Positions 48,376-58,677 of a DNA stretch of 64,000 nucleotides are shown here, piece after piece. Numbering within the stretch: the stretch's first letter is position 1; each line of letters starts with the position of its first letter. The notes under the pieces are model-generated. The model searched no databases. It was not told where the DNA came from and saw only the letters and a list, made by a program, of their open reading frames with translations. The position numbers and the translations under genes are program-made. The DNA comes from an uncultured delta proteobacterium (lineage in GTDB: Bacteria; Desulfobacterota; Binatia; UBA9968): the NCBI GenBank assembly GCA_963728565.1, contig CAVSLC010000009.1, positions 32,001-96,000 of the forward strand, written 5' to 3'.

Positions 48376-49002
48376 ATGCCCAAAGCAAATGGTGACCCGA
48401 CTCTATTTGACGCCTCGGCGCAAGTTCCGGATGGATTTATTTATCGACAAAACTTCGTTTCAGAGGCTGAAGAGCAGGAACTTATCCGGGAGATTCAGAA
48501 GTTTCAGCTTGAGCCATTTAAGTACTATCAATTTACCGGCAAGCGGCGAACAGCTAGTTTCGGCTGGCAATACGAATTCGGCGCGAGTGAAATCACAGCA
48601 GCTCCAGAGACGCCGCCATTTCTTTTACCGCTGCGGACACGCGCCGGTAAAGTCTTTAACATTGATCCGAAAAGTTTGGTTCAAACATCGATCATCGAAT
48701 ATTCTACTGGTTCACCGATTGGCTGGCACCGGGATATTCCGCAGTTTGGCGTTGTAATTGGGATTTCCCTTGGCGCACCGTGCCGGATGAGATTTCGAAA
48801 ATATAGCCGCGTCCGACCCAAAATGTTAAATCGTGATGAAATATTATCCATCGAACTACAACCGCGCTCGATCTATCTGATGAGCGGAGCTTCGCGAGAG
48901 AGCTGGCAGCATTCAATTCCACCGGTGAAGGAGCTTCGCTATGCGATTATGATGCGGACTTTACGCGCCAAGCCTGAAAAGGATTCGAGACAGAAACCGT
49001 AG
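48376..49002 (+). CDS. AlkB-family 2OG/Fe(II) dioxygenase
   Basis: IGWHRD, ISLG, WQHSIP and RY...R motifs. Confidence 0.88.
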   Translation: MPKANGDPTLFDASAQVPDGFIYRQNFVSEAEEQELIREIQKFQLEPFKYYQFTGKRRTASFGWQYEFGASEITAAPETPPFLLPLRTRAGKVFNIDPKSLVQTSIIEYSTGSPIGWHRDIPQFGVVIGISLGAPCRMRFRKYSRVRPKMLNRDEILSIELQPRSIYLMSGASRESWQHSIPPVKELRYAIMMRTLRAKPEKDSRQKP

Positions 49003-49125
49003 TTGTTTGTTTTATTGGTGGGAATGAGCAGCAGGCCGGTGCAGGTATGCGGACGGAATGTGAATCTTGCGCTGCGGCCCGATGCTCTTTAATTCATTAA
49101 GGCTCAATCTTCAACGAGGTAAATC

Positions 49126-49911
49126 ATGCAGCATTTAGCCAAGATTCCTTTCCCGGAAGTCGAACGTCTTGCTCGGGCCGGCAAAGCGCTGGTTATCCTG
49201 CCGGTGGGCGTAGTTGAAGAACATGGAGCGCACTTGCCGTTGGGAGTGGATTCCTTTGCCGCCGAAGCTTACGCCACCGCGACGGCACCGCACCTCGAGG
49301 AGCAAGGCTACGAGGTCATCGTGGCGCCGACCATCAATTATGGCGTGGCGCATCAAGCTTTGAATTTTGCCGGAACGCTGACGTTGCAACCGGAAACCCT
49401 CAAGTCTCTAGTTGTCGATATTGGGCGCTCCCTGGCGAAGCATGGATTCAATCGCCTGGTGATTCTCAATGGCCATCGCGATCTGGATCATATGAAAACT
49501 TTGGAGGCGGCCCGCAGTGTTCTTGTCGATGAGAAAATCTCGCAGGTTCTTTGTACTGGTTTTACCAGCGATCCGGCGGTAACGGCGGCTTGCTATCGGG
49601 AAGGGGTTAAGCAGTTTTACCGCAGTCCGAGGCCCGATCGCGAAGGGCACGGCGGCGAATCGGAGACCTCAGTCGCGCTGCATTGTTTTCCCGACTTGGT
49701 AAGAAAAGAATTGATCGAGCAGCTTGAGCCGAACTTCGATTATGATGTCGAAGCATTTCGTAACGAGACCAAAGATTATGGCACTCTTAGCGGCGGCCGC
49801 GGCTATTTCGGTTGGCCGCGAGCAGCAAGCGCGGAGACCGGAAAACAACTGGTGTTGACTCGTGGCCACAATATCGCGCAGTTCATTCTGAACGCGTGGG
49901 GTGTTCTTTAG
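49126..49911 (+). CDS. Creatininase-family amidohydrolase
   Basis: PVG..EEHGAHLPLGVD, NGH and HGGESETS motifs. Confidence 0.9.
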   Translation: MQHLAKIPFPEVERLARAGKALVILPVGVVEEHGAHLPLGVDSFAAEAYATATAPHLEEQGYEVIVAPTINYGVAHQALNFAGTLTLQPETLKSLVVDIGRSLAKHGFNRLVILNGHRDLDHMKTLEAARSVLVDEKISQVLCTGFTSDPAVTAACYREGVKQFYRSPRPDREGHGGESETSVALHCFPDLVRKELIEQLEPNFDYDVEAFRNETKDYGTLSGGRGYFGWPRAASAETGKQLVLTRGHNIAQFILNAWGVL

Positions 49912-50100
49912 AAACATCGAAGAGCCCATCAGAGCCGGCTATTACGCCATGCACCACAGGTTCTTTATCGACGAAATCGACGAGCGCACTAGTCGGTTTG
50001 AAGATGGCGGCGTAGTGAAAATTCCCGGTGAGAAAAATCCACCGGATATCTTGCCATGACTATTTTGCCGGAACGCCGATGTACGTCAGATTAAGGCGCC

Positions 50101-51500
50101 TTATGGAAGGCGAGGGGCGTTCGAAGCCAGCGGAGCGGCGCCAGCGTCGTTTGAAACGATGATGAGTTCTTGTCCAGGACGGAGGCGCGCGCTCTTGAGG
50201 CTGTTCTCTTTCACTAGTTGCTTAGGCGTCACATTGTATTTTTTTGCGATGCGCGCGAGTAACTCACCCTTTTTCACTCTATGAAGACTCACTTTGATTT
50301 TATCCGAACCCGCCAACTGTTCGTAGCCAGCTAGAAAATCTGCCTGGCTTCCCACCGGCAGTCGAAGAGTGAAGCCGCCCTCCGTGGGCGGTGTGAAATC
50401 GCGGAGCAAAGCCGGATTGAGTTCTTTGATAATATCCACCTCGGTGTTCGCAAGACGCGCGACGGTTTCGAGTCTCAATGGCTGATTGACGATCACTTCG
50501 TCATACTCCATGGGCGCTTCATAGGAGATCTCTTCGAAACCATATCGCTCAGGTTGCCGCGCGATGAGAGCGGCGGCGACGAACTTGGGCACATAATCGC
50601 GTGTTTCGAGCTTTAAATGTTTTCGCTCCTGCCGCAAGAGCCAGTAATCATTTGTCTTGGAACGTTGCAGGGCCGTTCCAACCCTGCCTTCTCCTGCGTT
50701 GTATGCTGCTGCCGCCAAAAACCATTCGCCGAACTTTTCATGCAGATCTTTGAGGTAGGCCGCGGCAGCGCGCGTAGAGAGCACGGGATCACGGCGCTCA
50801 TCTAACCAGGAGTTTATCGTCAGGCCATACTGAAGCGCGGTGGCTCGCATGAACTGCCAGGGGCCTAAGGCATGGGCTCGTGAGTAGGGCATGAGTGGAA
50901 AAGCCGCTTTCGATTAAGGCGAGATAGACAAGATTGTCGGGGAGGCCTTCACTTCGCAGAATCTCCGCCATCATTGAGCGGTACTTGCCCGAACGTGTCA
51001 AAGCGCGCTCGAAAAAATCTCTCATGCGGCCGCAAAACCCCTCAACGTAGAAGCGAACTCGATGGTGTGATTCAACGGCTGGGGAAATCTGAATAATGCG
51101 TTGATCGGGCGGTTGCTGCATCGCTCGATCCATGTCGCTGCGCCACAATTCAATCAAGTCATCGTCGGAGGCGGCATTTGGCTGTTCGATGAGTGCTGCG
51201 GATTTCGTCTGCAGCTTTGTGCTGCTCTTTGAGATTTGACGTTTTTTTCTAAAGTTTTCGGTGACAACCCGGCCGAACTGAATTCATTATTCTGCGCTAA
51301 AGTTTTCTCTTTCGCTTGAATCGTCGGTGCGCGTCGCGATTTCACTTTCGATAACCGCAGTAGTATTGATCGTCGCGGGCGAATGCGACGCCTGTTTCAT
51401 TGCGGCCGGTTGGATCATTAGGAAGTGGATGTGGCAGCGAGCAGCCCAGCAGGGCCGCCGCGAGCCAACAGTAGACAAAGGTGCGAAGCAGTGAAAGCAT
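50101..51500 (-). CDS. MltD-like lytic transglycosylase lipoprotein with LysM, several frameshifts
   Basis: LLGC lipobox, LALIESGF, WQFM..TA..YGL, AAYNAGEG, ETRDYVPK and a C-terminal LysM; pieces lie in different frames. Confidence 0.85.
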
Positions 51501-51584
51501 GATTCTCGATCCAGAAGCAATCCGATTCGGCAATCGCTGGCTTTGCCATCGGCATTCAAGCGGGCTGGCCGCGAGCGCATGTAG

Positions 51585-51600
51585 GGCAAGCTTCATGCCA
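51585..51600 (-). promoter_or_regulatory. Putative sigma-54 promoter
   Basis: TGGCATGAAGCTTGCC, close to the TGGCAC-N5-TTGC consensus, about 85 bp upstream of ATG 51500. Confidence 0.65.
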
Positions 51601-51669
51601 GACGAGCCAAACGGCTCTTTTCAAATAACTTTCAGGTTCCACAGACAAAGGCATCGGCCTCGCTCGGCT

Positions 51670-51711
51670 AACAAAAAAAGCCGGAGGGGACAAATTTGGC
51701 GGCTTGTAAAA
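51670..51711 (-). terminator. Possible intrinsic terminator
   Basis: AAGCCG..CGGCTT arms, with a T-run on the minus strand. Confidence 0.35.
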
Positions 51712-51940
51712 TGAGACTAATTGACTCCGTAGATCGGAGTTCTCTTCCAATTTCGGGCTTAAAAAGAATCGCGATGATTGGGCTCGACAATGCTTGGCCG
51801 AAGACAATTCTCGATACTTTATCGACAGGATTCAGTTGCCGAACAAGTGCGGTCGCTTTTCAGTGTCGCCTAGTCACATATTGTTCGCAACGCACGTTCA
51901 GCACGACGTGAGTTTACCGGTGCGGCCTTACGATCTCTGC

Positions 51941-52849
51941 TCATCGTACCCGGGCCGGTGCGAGACCGACGCTTGTCAGCCACTTCACCGTCTCTTGTGT
52001 TACCGTTAGCTCATTGTTCACGAACAGATGAGCCTGGAAAGGGGAGTTGCCGGGGTGAGAAGGAATCACGACGATATCGGCTCTGCGGCAATTCACCGCA
52101 CTTTCTTTGATCCGGGCGGCGATGGTTTCCCGTCGGGTGATGCTACCTTTTCCCTGTATGTTGTCGGCACGATCATAAACAATCAGCAGCGGGACCTTGA
52201 TATGCGCAATCATCTGTTCCACCGCGGCTTTGCTGGTCTCGACGTCGCGGTAGCTGAGAAATGTTTTGGCAGAGGTGATGATCACTTTGCCTTCCCGGAA
52301 TGGCAGAAGTTTAATCTCGTCGCCCTTGCCGCTTGCAACCAAGCTCCGGCACTCCGCAGCAAACTTCTCGTACAGATCGGCACCGAGCAGGGACTCCTTT
52401 GTGACGCTTGGAATATCGATGTGCGGGCCGTAAACGCCTAGGGCTTTAACCAAAGGACTGGGATTGTCTCCTTGATAATACTCGATGATCGGAGTGCCCA
52501 GGCTATGTCCGGCGAGAAAGATGTTCTCGAATCCGCGAGCTCGAGCAAAAGCGATGGCAGCATCAACTTCCTTCACCGCGACCTCGAATTCCGACGTTCG
52601 AAAGCTCTCTCCGGAGTGGACACCATTGTAAACGAGCGCCGCATAACCGGCCTCGGCGAGATAGCATCCGAGAAACATCGTCGGTCCGGAATACCAGTAT
52701 GCTTCAACACCGTGCACCAACACCACAGCAGTGCCGGGCTCATGGAAAAGCTTTGGATCGGGGGCGAATAAGCCTCCTTGCACAGTCCTGCCGCCACTTT
52801 GAAATTCAATCAGCTCAAAGCTGACATCTTTTTTTGGCAGATAGCCCAT
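51941..52849 (-). CDS. Alpha/beta-fold hydrolase
   Basis: LVHG, GHSLG nucleophile elbow and a C-terminal His. Confidence 0.85.
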   Translation of the reverse strand: MGYLPKKDVSFELIEFQSGGRTVQGGLFAPDPKLFHEPGTAVVLVHGVEAYWYSGPTMFLGCYLAEAGYAALVYNGVHSGESFRTSEFEVAVKEVDAAIAFARARGFENIFLAGHSLGTPIIEYYQGDNPSPLVKALGVYGPHIDIPSVTKESLLGADLYEKFAAECRSLVASGKGDEIKLLPFREGKVIITSAKTFLSYRDVETSKAAVEQMIAHIKVPLLIVYDRADNIQGKGSITRRETIAARIKESAVNCRRADIVVIPSHPGNSPFQAHLFVNNELTVTQETVKWLTSVGLAPARVR

Positions 52850-53159
52850 GTGGTAAATTACCTTCCTTCTCTAAGCCAAGAGCGACATCATCGGAGCGCT
52901 TGAGCTCGCAGGCGGCAGCAAGCGCAAACTTTCAAAGTCAGATTAAGTCCTTTTCCCGTCGCACGCTTGTTACCATGATCAGAGCTACGGCGAAACTGCG
53001 AGCAAGCAGCGGTCCGACCGATCGATCTGTTCGTAGCGCATTTTTGCGGCAAGCATGTTTGCTGGATTGACAGAAAGCCCTTGCCGGCGATAGAAGCGGA
53101 TTGACTCGAATAGCAATCCGGTTAGTCAAGCTGGAGCAAAACGTAAAGGGAGGATCTCT

Positions 53160-53597
53160 ATGGGATTACTCAAAATCGAGGGAATTACGCACTGGTCGAT
53201 TCCAGTTAACGACCTGGACGAGTCGGAGAAATTTTACGGCGATCTCCTCGGGTTAAAACCGCTGGGGCGGCTCGGCAATTCCGGCATGTCCTGCTTCAAT
53301 GTCGGCGATCAACATATTCTATTGTGCCAGCGCGCGGAGAACGTCGACAAATCCCATGTCGAGGAGGAGAACGTGCACCATTCTTTTACGGTGAGCCCCG
53401 AAACTCTCGATCAGGCGTGCAAGTTATTTGCGGAAAAGAAGGTTGCCATCGATCGTCTGTATTATCGCGCGAAAGGTTATTTCCCGGGAAGGGAACTCTA
53501 TTTCTTCGATCCCAGCGGCAATCGTCTCGAGTTGCGCGATCCGACATGGAAGGCCGGCATGCCGGAACCTAGTTTCGAAGACCTCGTACGCTCGTAA
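53160..53597 (+). CDS. VOC/glyoxalase-family protein
   Basis: ITH..IPV.DL..SE.FY, HHSF and YFFDPSGNRLEL motifs. Confidence 0.9.
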   Translation: MGLLKIEGITHWSIPVNDLDESEKFYGDLLGLKPLGRLGNSGMSCFNVGDQHILLCQRAENVDKSHVEEENVHHSFTVSPETLDQACKLFAEKKVAIDRLYYRAKGYFPGRELYFFDPSGNRLELRDPTWKAGMPEPSFEDLVRS

Positions 53598-53607
53598 TCG
53601 CGGTTTG

Positions 53608-53812
53608 GTTCAAGCGAGTCAAACAGTTCAAGTCGTTCAAAACGTCAAGCGCGGACTCTCTTGATGAGAGTTTATTGGGCTTAAGAGTAGAGAGAAACTT
53701 TACAATCGAGCGGCGGAACCTGAACAGCGAAGAAAACAGGATGAGTGTCAATGTTGCCTCGGCAAGCGAGATAGAACTGGGCGAAAGTTCGGAACGGCTT
53801 AAACGATTGAAC
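53608..53812. repeat. Intergenic element bounded by 9-bp-periodic GTTCAA / TTGAAC arrays
   Basis: GTTCAA-like words at 53608, 53617, 53626 and 53635; inverted words at 53790, 53799 and 53807; a related array at 59753-59793. Confidence 0.5.
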
Positions 53813-53863
53813 CTTAACTCGGCCAAATCGCTCAAGCCGGCTCTGAAGATGGTTGAGTTGTAG

Positions 53864-54700
53864 CTACTTGGTTTCCGGCACTCCCGGCAGTTTACTGTCT
53901 TTATCGTAGTATTCCTGGCTAAACTCAGGTTTGCGTCTCTCGGTGAACGCCGCCGAACCTTCATCGTAGTCTTTGCTCTGGCGCAGGTGGGCGTAATATT
54001 CTCGGTGCACTTCGAATCCTTTTTCGTAGCCCTGAATTTCGTAGAGCAGTCTATCTTCGATATACTCTGTCGTGTGGGCGGCGATCAGCCGGCCATTGCG
54101 GTTAATCGTCGTACACAACTCGACGCAATCATCGATGAGCTTGTCGGGATCGCAGATTTTCTGAACCAGTCCTAACCGGAACGCCGTGTCTGCATCGACC
54201 ATTTGCCCGGTGAGCGCAAACCAGTAGGCCCAGCCCGTCGGTAGCTGGCAAACGTAACTCGGCCAGGCGGCCATGTGGGACCAGCGCACTTCGGAGCAAC
54301 CGAACTTAGCGGCGGGTACGCAATAACGTATGTGACATGCCAGCGCCAGATTGAAACCGCCGCCAACGGCGAAGCCATTGATTGCGGCGATGATCGGCTT
54401 GTGCATCTGCAGCGCGCGCAAATTGCTGTACTGACGCGGGCCTGATCTTGGCCCGGTCATTTCACCCTTGGCAAACGCGAGATTCTCCTTCAGATCGCCG
54501 CCGACGCAAAACGCGTCGGCCGTGCCGGTGAGTATGATCGACCAGACGTCATCATCGTCCTTGGCTTTATGCCACGCTTCATCGAGCGCCCAGTAGAGAT
54601 CGCGGCTGATAGAATTCTTCTTTTCCGGTCTGTTCAGACGAATAATCGCGATATGTGGATCGCGTTTATCATAAACAACAAGCGGTTGTGGTTCTGACAT
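53864..54700 (-). CDS. Crotonase-superfamily (enoyl-CoA hydratase/isomerase) protein
   Basis: LNRPEKKN, FCVGGDL and KPIIAAINGFAVGGG motifs. Confidence 0.92.
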   Translation of the reverse strand: MSEPQPLVVYDKRDPHIAIIRLNRPEKKNSISRDLYWALDEAWHKAKDDDDVWSIILTGTADAFCVGGDLKENLAFAKGEMTGPRSGPRQYSNLRALQMHKPIIAAINGFAVGGGFNLALACHIRYCVPAAKFGCSEVRWSHMAAWPSYVCQLPTGWAYWFALTGQMVDADTAFRLGLVQKICDPDKLIDDCVELCTTINRNGRLIAAHTTEYIEDRLLYEIQGYEKGFEVHREYYAHLRQSKDYDEGSAAFTERRKPEFSQEYYDKDSKLPGVPETK

Positions 54701-54759
54701 GTGTCCTCCGTTGAGTAGTTCGATTTAGATAAACTCTGTTTATGTCTCTTGATCCGCGT

Positions 54760-55968
54760 TTAGTACAACACCTTCTCTTCGTCCAGCTTCTTGATCTCCT
54801 CGTCACTGAGACCGAGGAGTTCGCGGGCAATTTCGTATGTGTGCTCGCCCATTAACGGCGCCAGCCCGCGTACTTTGCCTGGCGTCGACGATAGCCTGAT
54901 CGGCACTCCTTCGGTGACGACATCGCCGGCTTCCGGCTCGGTCATATTCACCAGAAATCCGGTCGCGGCGTACTGTTTATCTCGTTTGAATTGATCTTCG
55001 ACATCCTGAACGACAGCCGCGCTTACGCCGATGCCCTGCAATTTCTCCATGACCTCGTACGGATCATGCTGTTTCGTCCAACTGCTAATCCAGTTGTCCA
55101 ACTCTGCCTTATGGCGCACCCGTTGCAGGTGGGTGGCAAATTTAGCATCGCGCCGGAGGCCGGATTTTTCCAGCAAACCCGCGAGGCGCTCCCACTCCTC
55201 ATCGCTATAAACTGAGATCACGCACCAACGGTCATTGCCGCTACATTGGTAGGGACCATACGGAGCGGCCACTAGACTGCGGTTACCGTGTGGTTGCGGC
55301 TCGCGTTGGTTAACCGAGTATTCCAGGTACTTGGGCCCGAGCAGCGATGCACCAATCTCTACCTGGGCGCTATCGATCCACTGCCCGCGGCCGGTTTTCT
55401 TGCGATGAATTAGTGCCAGGACTACGGCGAATGCACCGGTGACTCCACCCATGAAATCGGGATGCTGCGTGCGCGGCTCGGCGGTGGCTGTTGTCGCACC
55501 GGGATAGTTCCACAGATAAGTCGTACCCATAGTGTTGCCGACATTGGGGCCATAGGTTAGATCAGCCGCATGGGGACCGGTGCAGCCCATGCCTTTGACG
55601 CGAATCAGAATGCAGCACGGATTGATCTCCTTCAGTTGCGGCCAATCCAAGCCCCACTTTTCCAGGATGCCCAGGCCGAAGTTTTCCACCAGCACATCGG
55701 ATTTCTTCACCAATTCTTTAACCAACTCGCGACCCTTCGGCGTCTGCATGTTGACGGTGAAAGACTTTTTGCCGCGCTGGAGCTTCATGAAATCAGGCTT
55801 CTTGTTCCACAGCTTTGGATCCTCACCGCGATGACCGTCACCGCGCAAGCGCGTTTCACAGCGAATCACTTCCGCGCCGAATTCGCATAATACCCGCGCG
55901 ACCGTCGGACCCGCCGCGCCCGTGGTTAGCTCGATAACCCGAATGCCTTCAAGGGGTAGCTTGGCCAT
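54760..55968 (-). CDS. Class III CoA-transferase, Asp-bearing subunit
   Basis: PLEGIRV, GAEVI, RGKKS, ENF, HPDF and AP.MGEHT motifs. Confidence 0.93.
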   Translation of the reverse strand: MAKLPLEGIRVIELTTGAAGPTVARVLCEFGAEVIRCETRLRGDGHRGEDPKLWNKKPDFMKLQRGKKSFTVNMQTPKGRELVKELVKKSDVLVENFGLGILEKWGLDWPQLKEINPCCILIRVKGMGCTGPHAADLTYGPNVGNTMGTTYLWNYPGATTATAEPRTQHPDFMGGVTGAFAVVLALIHRKKTGRGQWIDSAQVEIGASLLGPKYLEYSVNQREPQPHGNRSLVAAPYGPYQCSGNDRWCVISVYSDEEWERLAGLLEKSGLRRDAKFATHLQRVRHKAELDNWISSWTKQHDPYEVMEKLQGIGVSAAVVQDVEDQFKRDKQYAATGFLVNMTEPEAGDVVTEGVPIRLSSTPGKVRGLAPLMGEHTYEIARELLGLSDEEIKKLDEEKVLY

Positions 55969-56172
55969 AGAATCCTTCAATTAACATCTCCAGCAGAAAT
56001 TGTCTGCGCATCGACGTCATCGCGTCAAGAATATTTCACCATCAAGAGACTCGTGCATCAAAGCCGCAACCAAAAACAATTGACACGAAGATCACGACGG
56101 GCACGGATTCAGAGTTGTCCAACCAACCTTTTAGCACCTCGTGGCGGTGCTTGCCGGTGAAAACCTCGCGTA

Positions 56173-57384
56173 TCAAATAACGCCGCTGGCGCGGAGCGCC
56201 ACAAGATCGTCGTTGCTCATGCCCAGCTCGCCGCAGTAGATTTCTTGGTTGTGCTGGCCGAGCAGCGGCGCGGTGCAGCCTACTTTGCCAGCCGATTCAC
56301 TCAGTCTCGGCACTGGGCCGAAGTGCGCGTACTTGCCGATGATGGGATGCTCCATTTCGCGGAAGATCTGCCGTTCCTTGACTTGTTCGCTATTGATGAA
56401 CTCCCCGGCTGTATTGATCGGAGTAACCGCGATCCGGCGCTTCTGGCCTTCCTCGTAGAGTTCCTCTTTGGTATGCCGGGCGCAAAATTCCGCGATCGCG
56501 CCCACCACCACTTCCGGGTGTTGCCTGCGATAAGACATCTTCTCGAATTCCGGTCCGGAGATCGCAGGTGGGCGCCCCATCCAATCTACCAGCCGACGCC
56601 ATTGTTCGACCGGGATAATGAAAATGCGCGCGTAGCCGTTCTTTGTGGCGTAAGGATCGTAGAGGTCGGTTTCTTCGCCTTTGCGTGAAGCGCGCGCGGG
56701 TTTCGCGCCGGTGTAACCGTAATTGGGAATGAAATAGCCGGCGATATGGCCGGAACATTCGTGCATCGATACATCGATGTGCTGGCCGCGGCCGCTCTCC
56801 AACCGATGATAGAGCGCGGTGGCAATGCCGAATGCACCATAGGTGGATGCCATGCCATAAGCGATTTCGCCCGGCGGTTGCAGCGGCGGCTCCCCGGGTT
56901 CGCCTGCCAGATACAACAAATTGCCCAGAGCTAATCCGGCTATGTCGTCCGCCTTGTAGTCGCGCCAAGGGCCGGACTGGCCGAAGGGAGTGATCGAGGC
57001 GACGATCAATCCGGGGTTGCTTGCGGTAAGATCCTGGTATGTAAGGCGCAGCTCTTTGGCATGCGAGGGACGAAAGGTTTCAATCACGACATCGGCTTTG
57101 GCGGCTAACTCCAGCAGGATCGCGCGGCCATCGGCCTTCTCAATGTCAAGTGTGATGCCCCGCTTATTGGTATTGAAGTGCAGAAAATAAAGACTCTTCT
57201 CCGGATGCGGCGAATCATCTTTGAATGGTGGAACGCGCCGTGACTGATCGCCCGAGGGTGGCTCGATTTTGATGACGTCGGCTCCCATGTCGGCCAAAAG
57301 TTTAGTGCAGTGGAGCGCCAAGGGTCCGCCGATGTCGAGAACTCGACAGCCCGCCAGCGGCGGTTGCTGATTAGATTCAATCAT
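56173..57384 (-). CDS. Class III CoA-transferase, subunit lacking the catalytic Asp
   Basis: LADMGADVIKIEPP.GD, NTNKRG and ITPFGQSGP motifs; EIAYGMA at the expected Asp site. Confidence 0.9.
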   Translation of the reverse strand: MIESNQQPPLAGCRVLDIGGPLALHCTKLLADMGADVIKIEPPSGDQSRRVPPFKDDSPHPEKSLYFLHFNTNKRGITLDIEKADGRAILLELAAKADVVIETFRPSHAKELRLTYQDLTASNPGLIVASITPFGQSGPWRDYKADDIAGLALGNLLYLAGEPGEPPLQPPGEIAYGMASTYGAFGIATALYHRLESGRGQHIDVSMHECSGHIAGYFIPNYGYTGAKPARASRKGEETDLYDPYATKNGYARIFIIPVEQWRRLVDWMGRPPAISGPEFEKMSYRRQHPEVVVGAIAEFCARHTKEELYEEGQKRRIAVTPINTAGEFINSEQVKERQIFREMEHPIIGKYAHFGPVPRLSESAGKVGCTAPLLGQHNQEIYCGELGMSNDDLVALRASGVI

Positions 57385-57609
57385 GAAATTTTCCTAAAAA
57401 ATTACGATGTGCGACAATCGCTACAGTTACTGCGGATGAGGGAACACTGTCAAGCAGCGCTGAGATTTTTTCCTGACTGATAATCGTTTAAGTGGTAGCG
57501 GCGTTAGCTACATTGAGTGTTCGTTCAGTGTTTCGCGGGTAATTCCATTGACATAAAACCGCCACGGTGATAACCGGCAAGGCTAATCCTTTTCATCTGG
57601 AATCGCCCT

Positions 57610-58614
57610 ATGTTACGAGCAATCAGTCTTATTGTCCGATCTTTGATAGTCATTGGGCTGCTTTCAAGCGGCCAAGTGTTTGGCGCCACACGGCTTGAAC
57701 CGTTAACAGTCGGTTATTCCAACATCACCGCGACCTACGCTCCCCTCTGGATCGCCGTCGAGGAACGTGTCGGGCTTAAGTATGGGTTGGACTTGAAGGC
57801 GATTTATGCCGGCCGGGTACGACCACAGCAGTTGCTCGCCACCGGTGATGTGCCGGTGGTCATTGCTTCCGGGACCGGCACTATGACCTCGCATATTGTC
57901 GGGGTCAGGGACCAGGTGTTGGTCGCAACAATTACCAGTAAAATCGGCACATCGCTCTTTGCGAAGCCAGAGATTAAAAGTGTCGAAGAATTGAAAGGTA
58001 AGACGGTCGCGACCGGCCGCCCTGCGGCTTTTTTGGACGCAACGGTGAGATATGTGCTGCGCAGCAAGTTTGGGCTTATTCCGGATCGCGACGTGAAGTT
58101 ATTGCCGACCGGCGAACCGTATCTCGGCCTGCAAGCGCTCGAACGCGGCATCGTCGATGGCGCGGCGATGTCCATTCCGCATTTGTTTATCGCGCGCAAA
58201 GCGGGCTTTAAAGAATTGGTAAGTTTCGACAAACTCGGCGTCGAGTATCCCTATACTAGCGTGGTGGTGTTGCGGCAAACGGCGGCCAAGAGCCCTGATC
58301 TGGTAGAGCGAGTTATCAAGTGCATCGTCGAAGGAATTCATATCTTCAAGACCGATAAAGCAAAGTCATTGGCGGCGTTGAGGCTCTATATGAAAGGTGC
58401 CGATGAAGCAATTTTAGAGGAGTCCTATCAACACACTCGTGGTACCATCGATGACGCGCCTTACCCGTCTTTGCAAGTCGTCAAGGCAGGATTGGAGATG
58501 TTATCACTGCAATATCCGCAGGCGAAACAAACCGATGCGAGTCTGATTATCGAGCCGGCGTTTATGAAGCGCATCGAGGAGAGCGGCTTTGTTCGGGCGC
58601 TGGATAAGAGATAA
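57610..58614 (+). CDS. ABC substrate-binding protein (NMT1/SsuA-like)
   Basis: Signal peptide; IKSVEELKGK motif. Confidence 0.88.
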   Translation: MLRAISLIVRSLIVIGLLSSGQVFGATRLEPLTVGYSNITATYAPLWIAVEERVGLKYGLDLKAIYAGRVRPQQLLATGDVPVVIASGTGTMTSHIVGVRDQVLVATITSKIGTSLFAKPEIKSVEELKGKTVATGRPAAFLDATVRYVLRSKFGLIPDRDVKLLPTGEPYLGLQALERGIVDGAAMSIPHLFIARKAGFKELVSFDKLGVEYPYTSVVVLRQTAAKSPDLVERVIKCIVEGIHIFKTDKAKSLAALRLYMKGADEAILEESYQHTRGTIDDAPYPSLQVVKAGLEMLSLQYPQAKQTDASLIIEPAFMKRIEESGFVRALDKR

Positions 58615-58677
58615 GTTATACTCCGCATTACGCCGGTTTCCTAAATTGCTCGCCATGTATTCGCGTCCATTCAGAAA

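Noticed and set aside
49126-49911. Mycofactocin peptidase MftE locus
   Set aside because: No mftA-D or mftF and no precursor peptide nearby.
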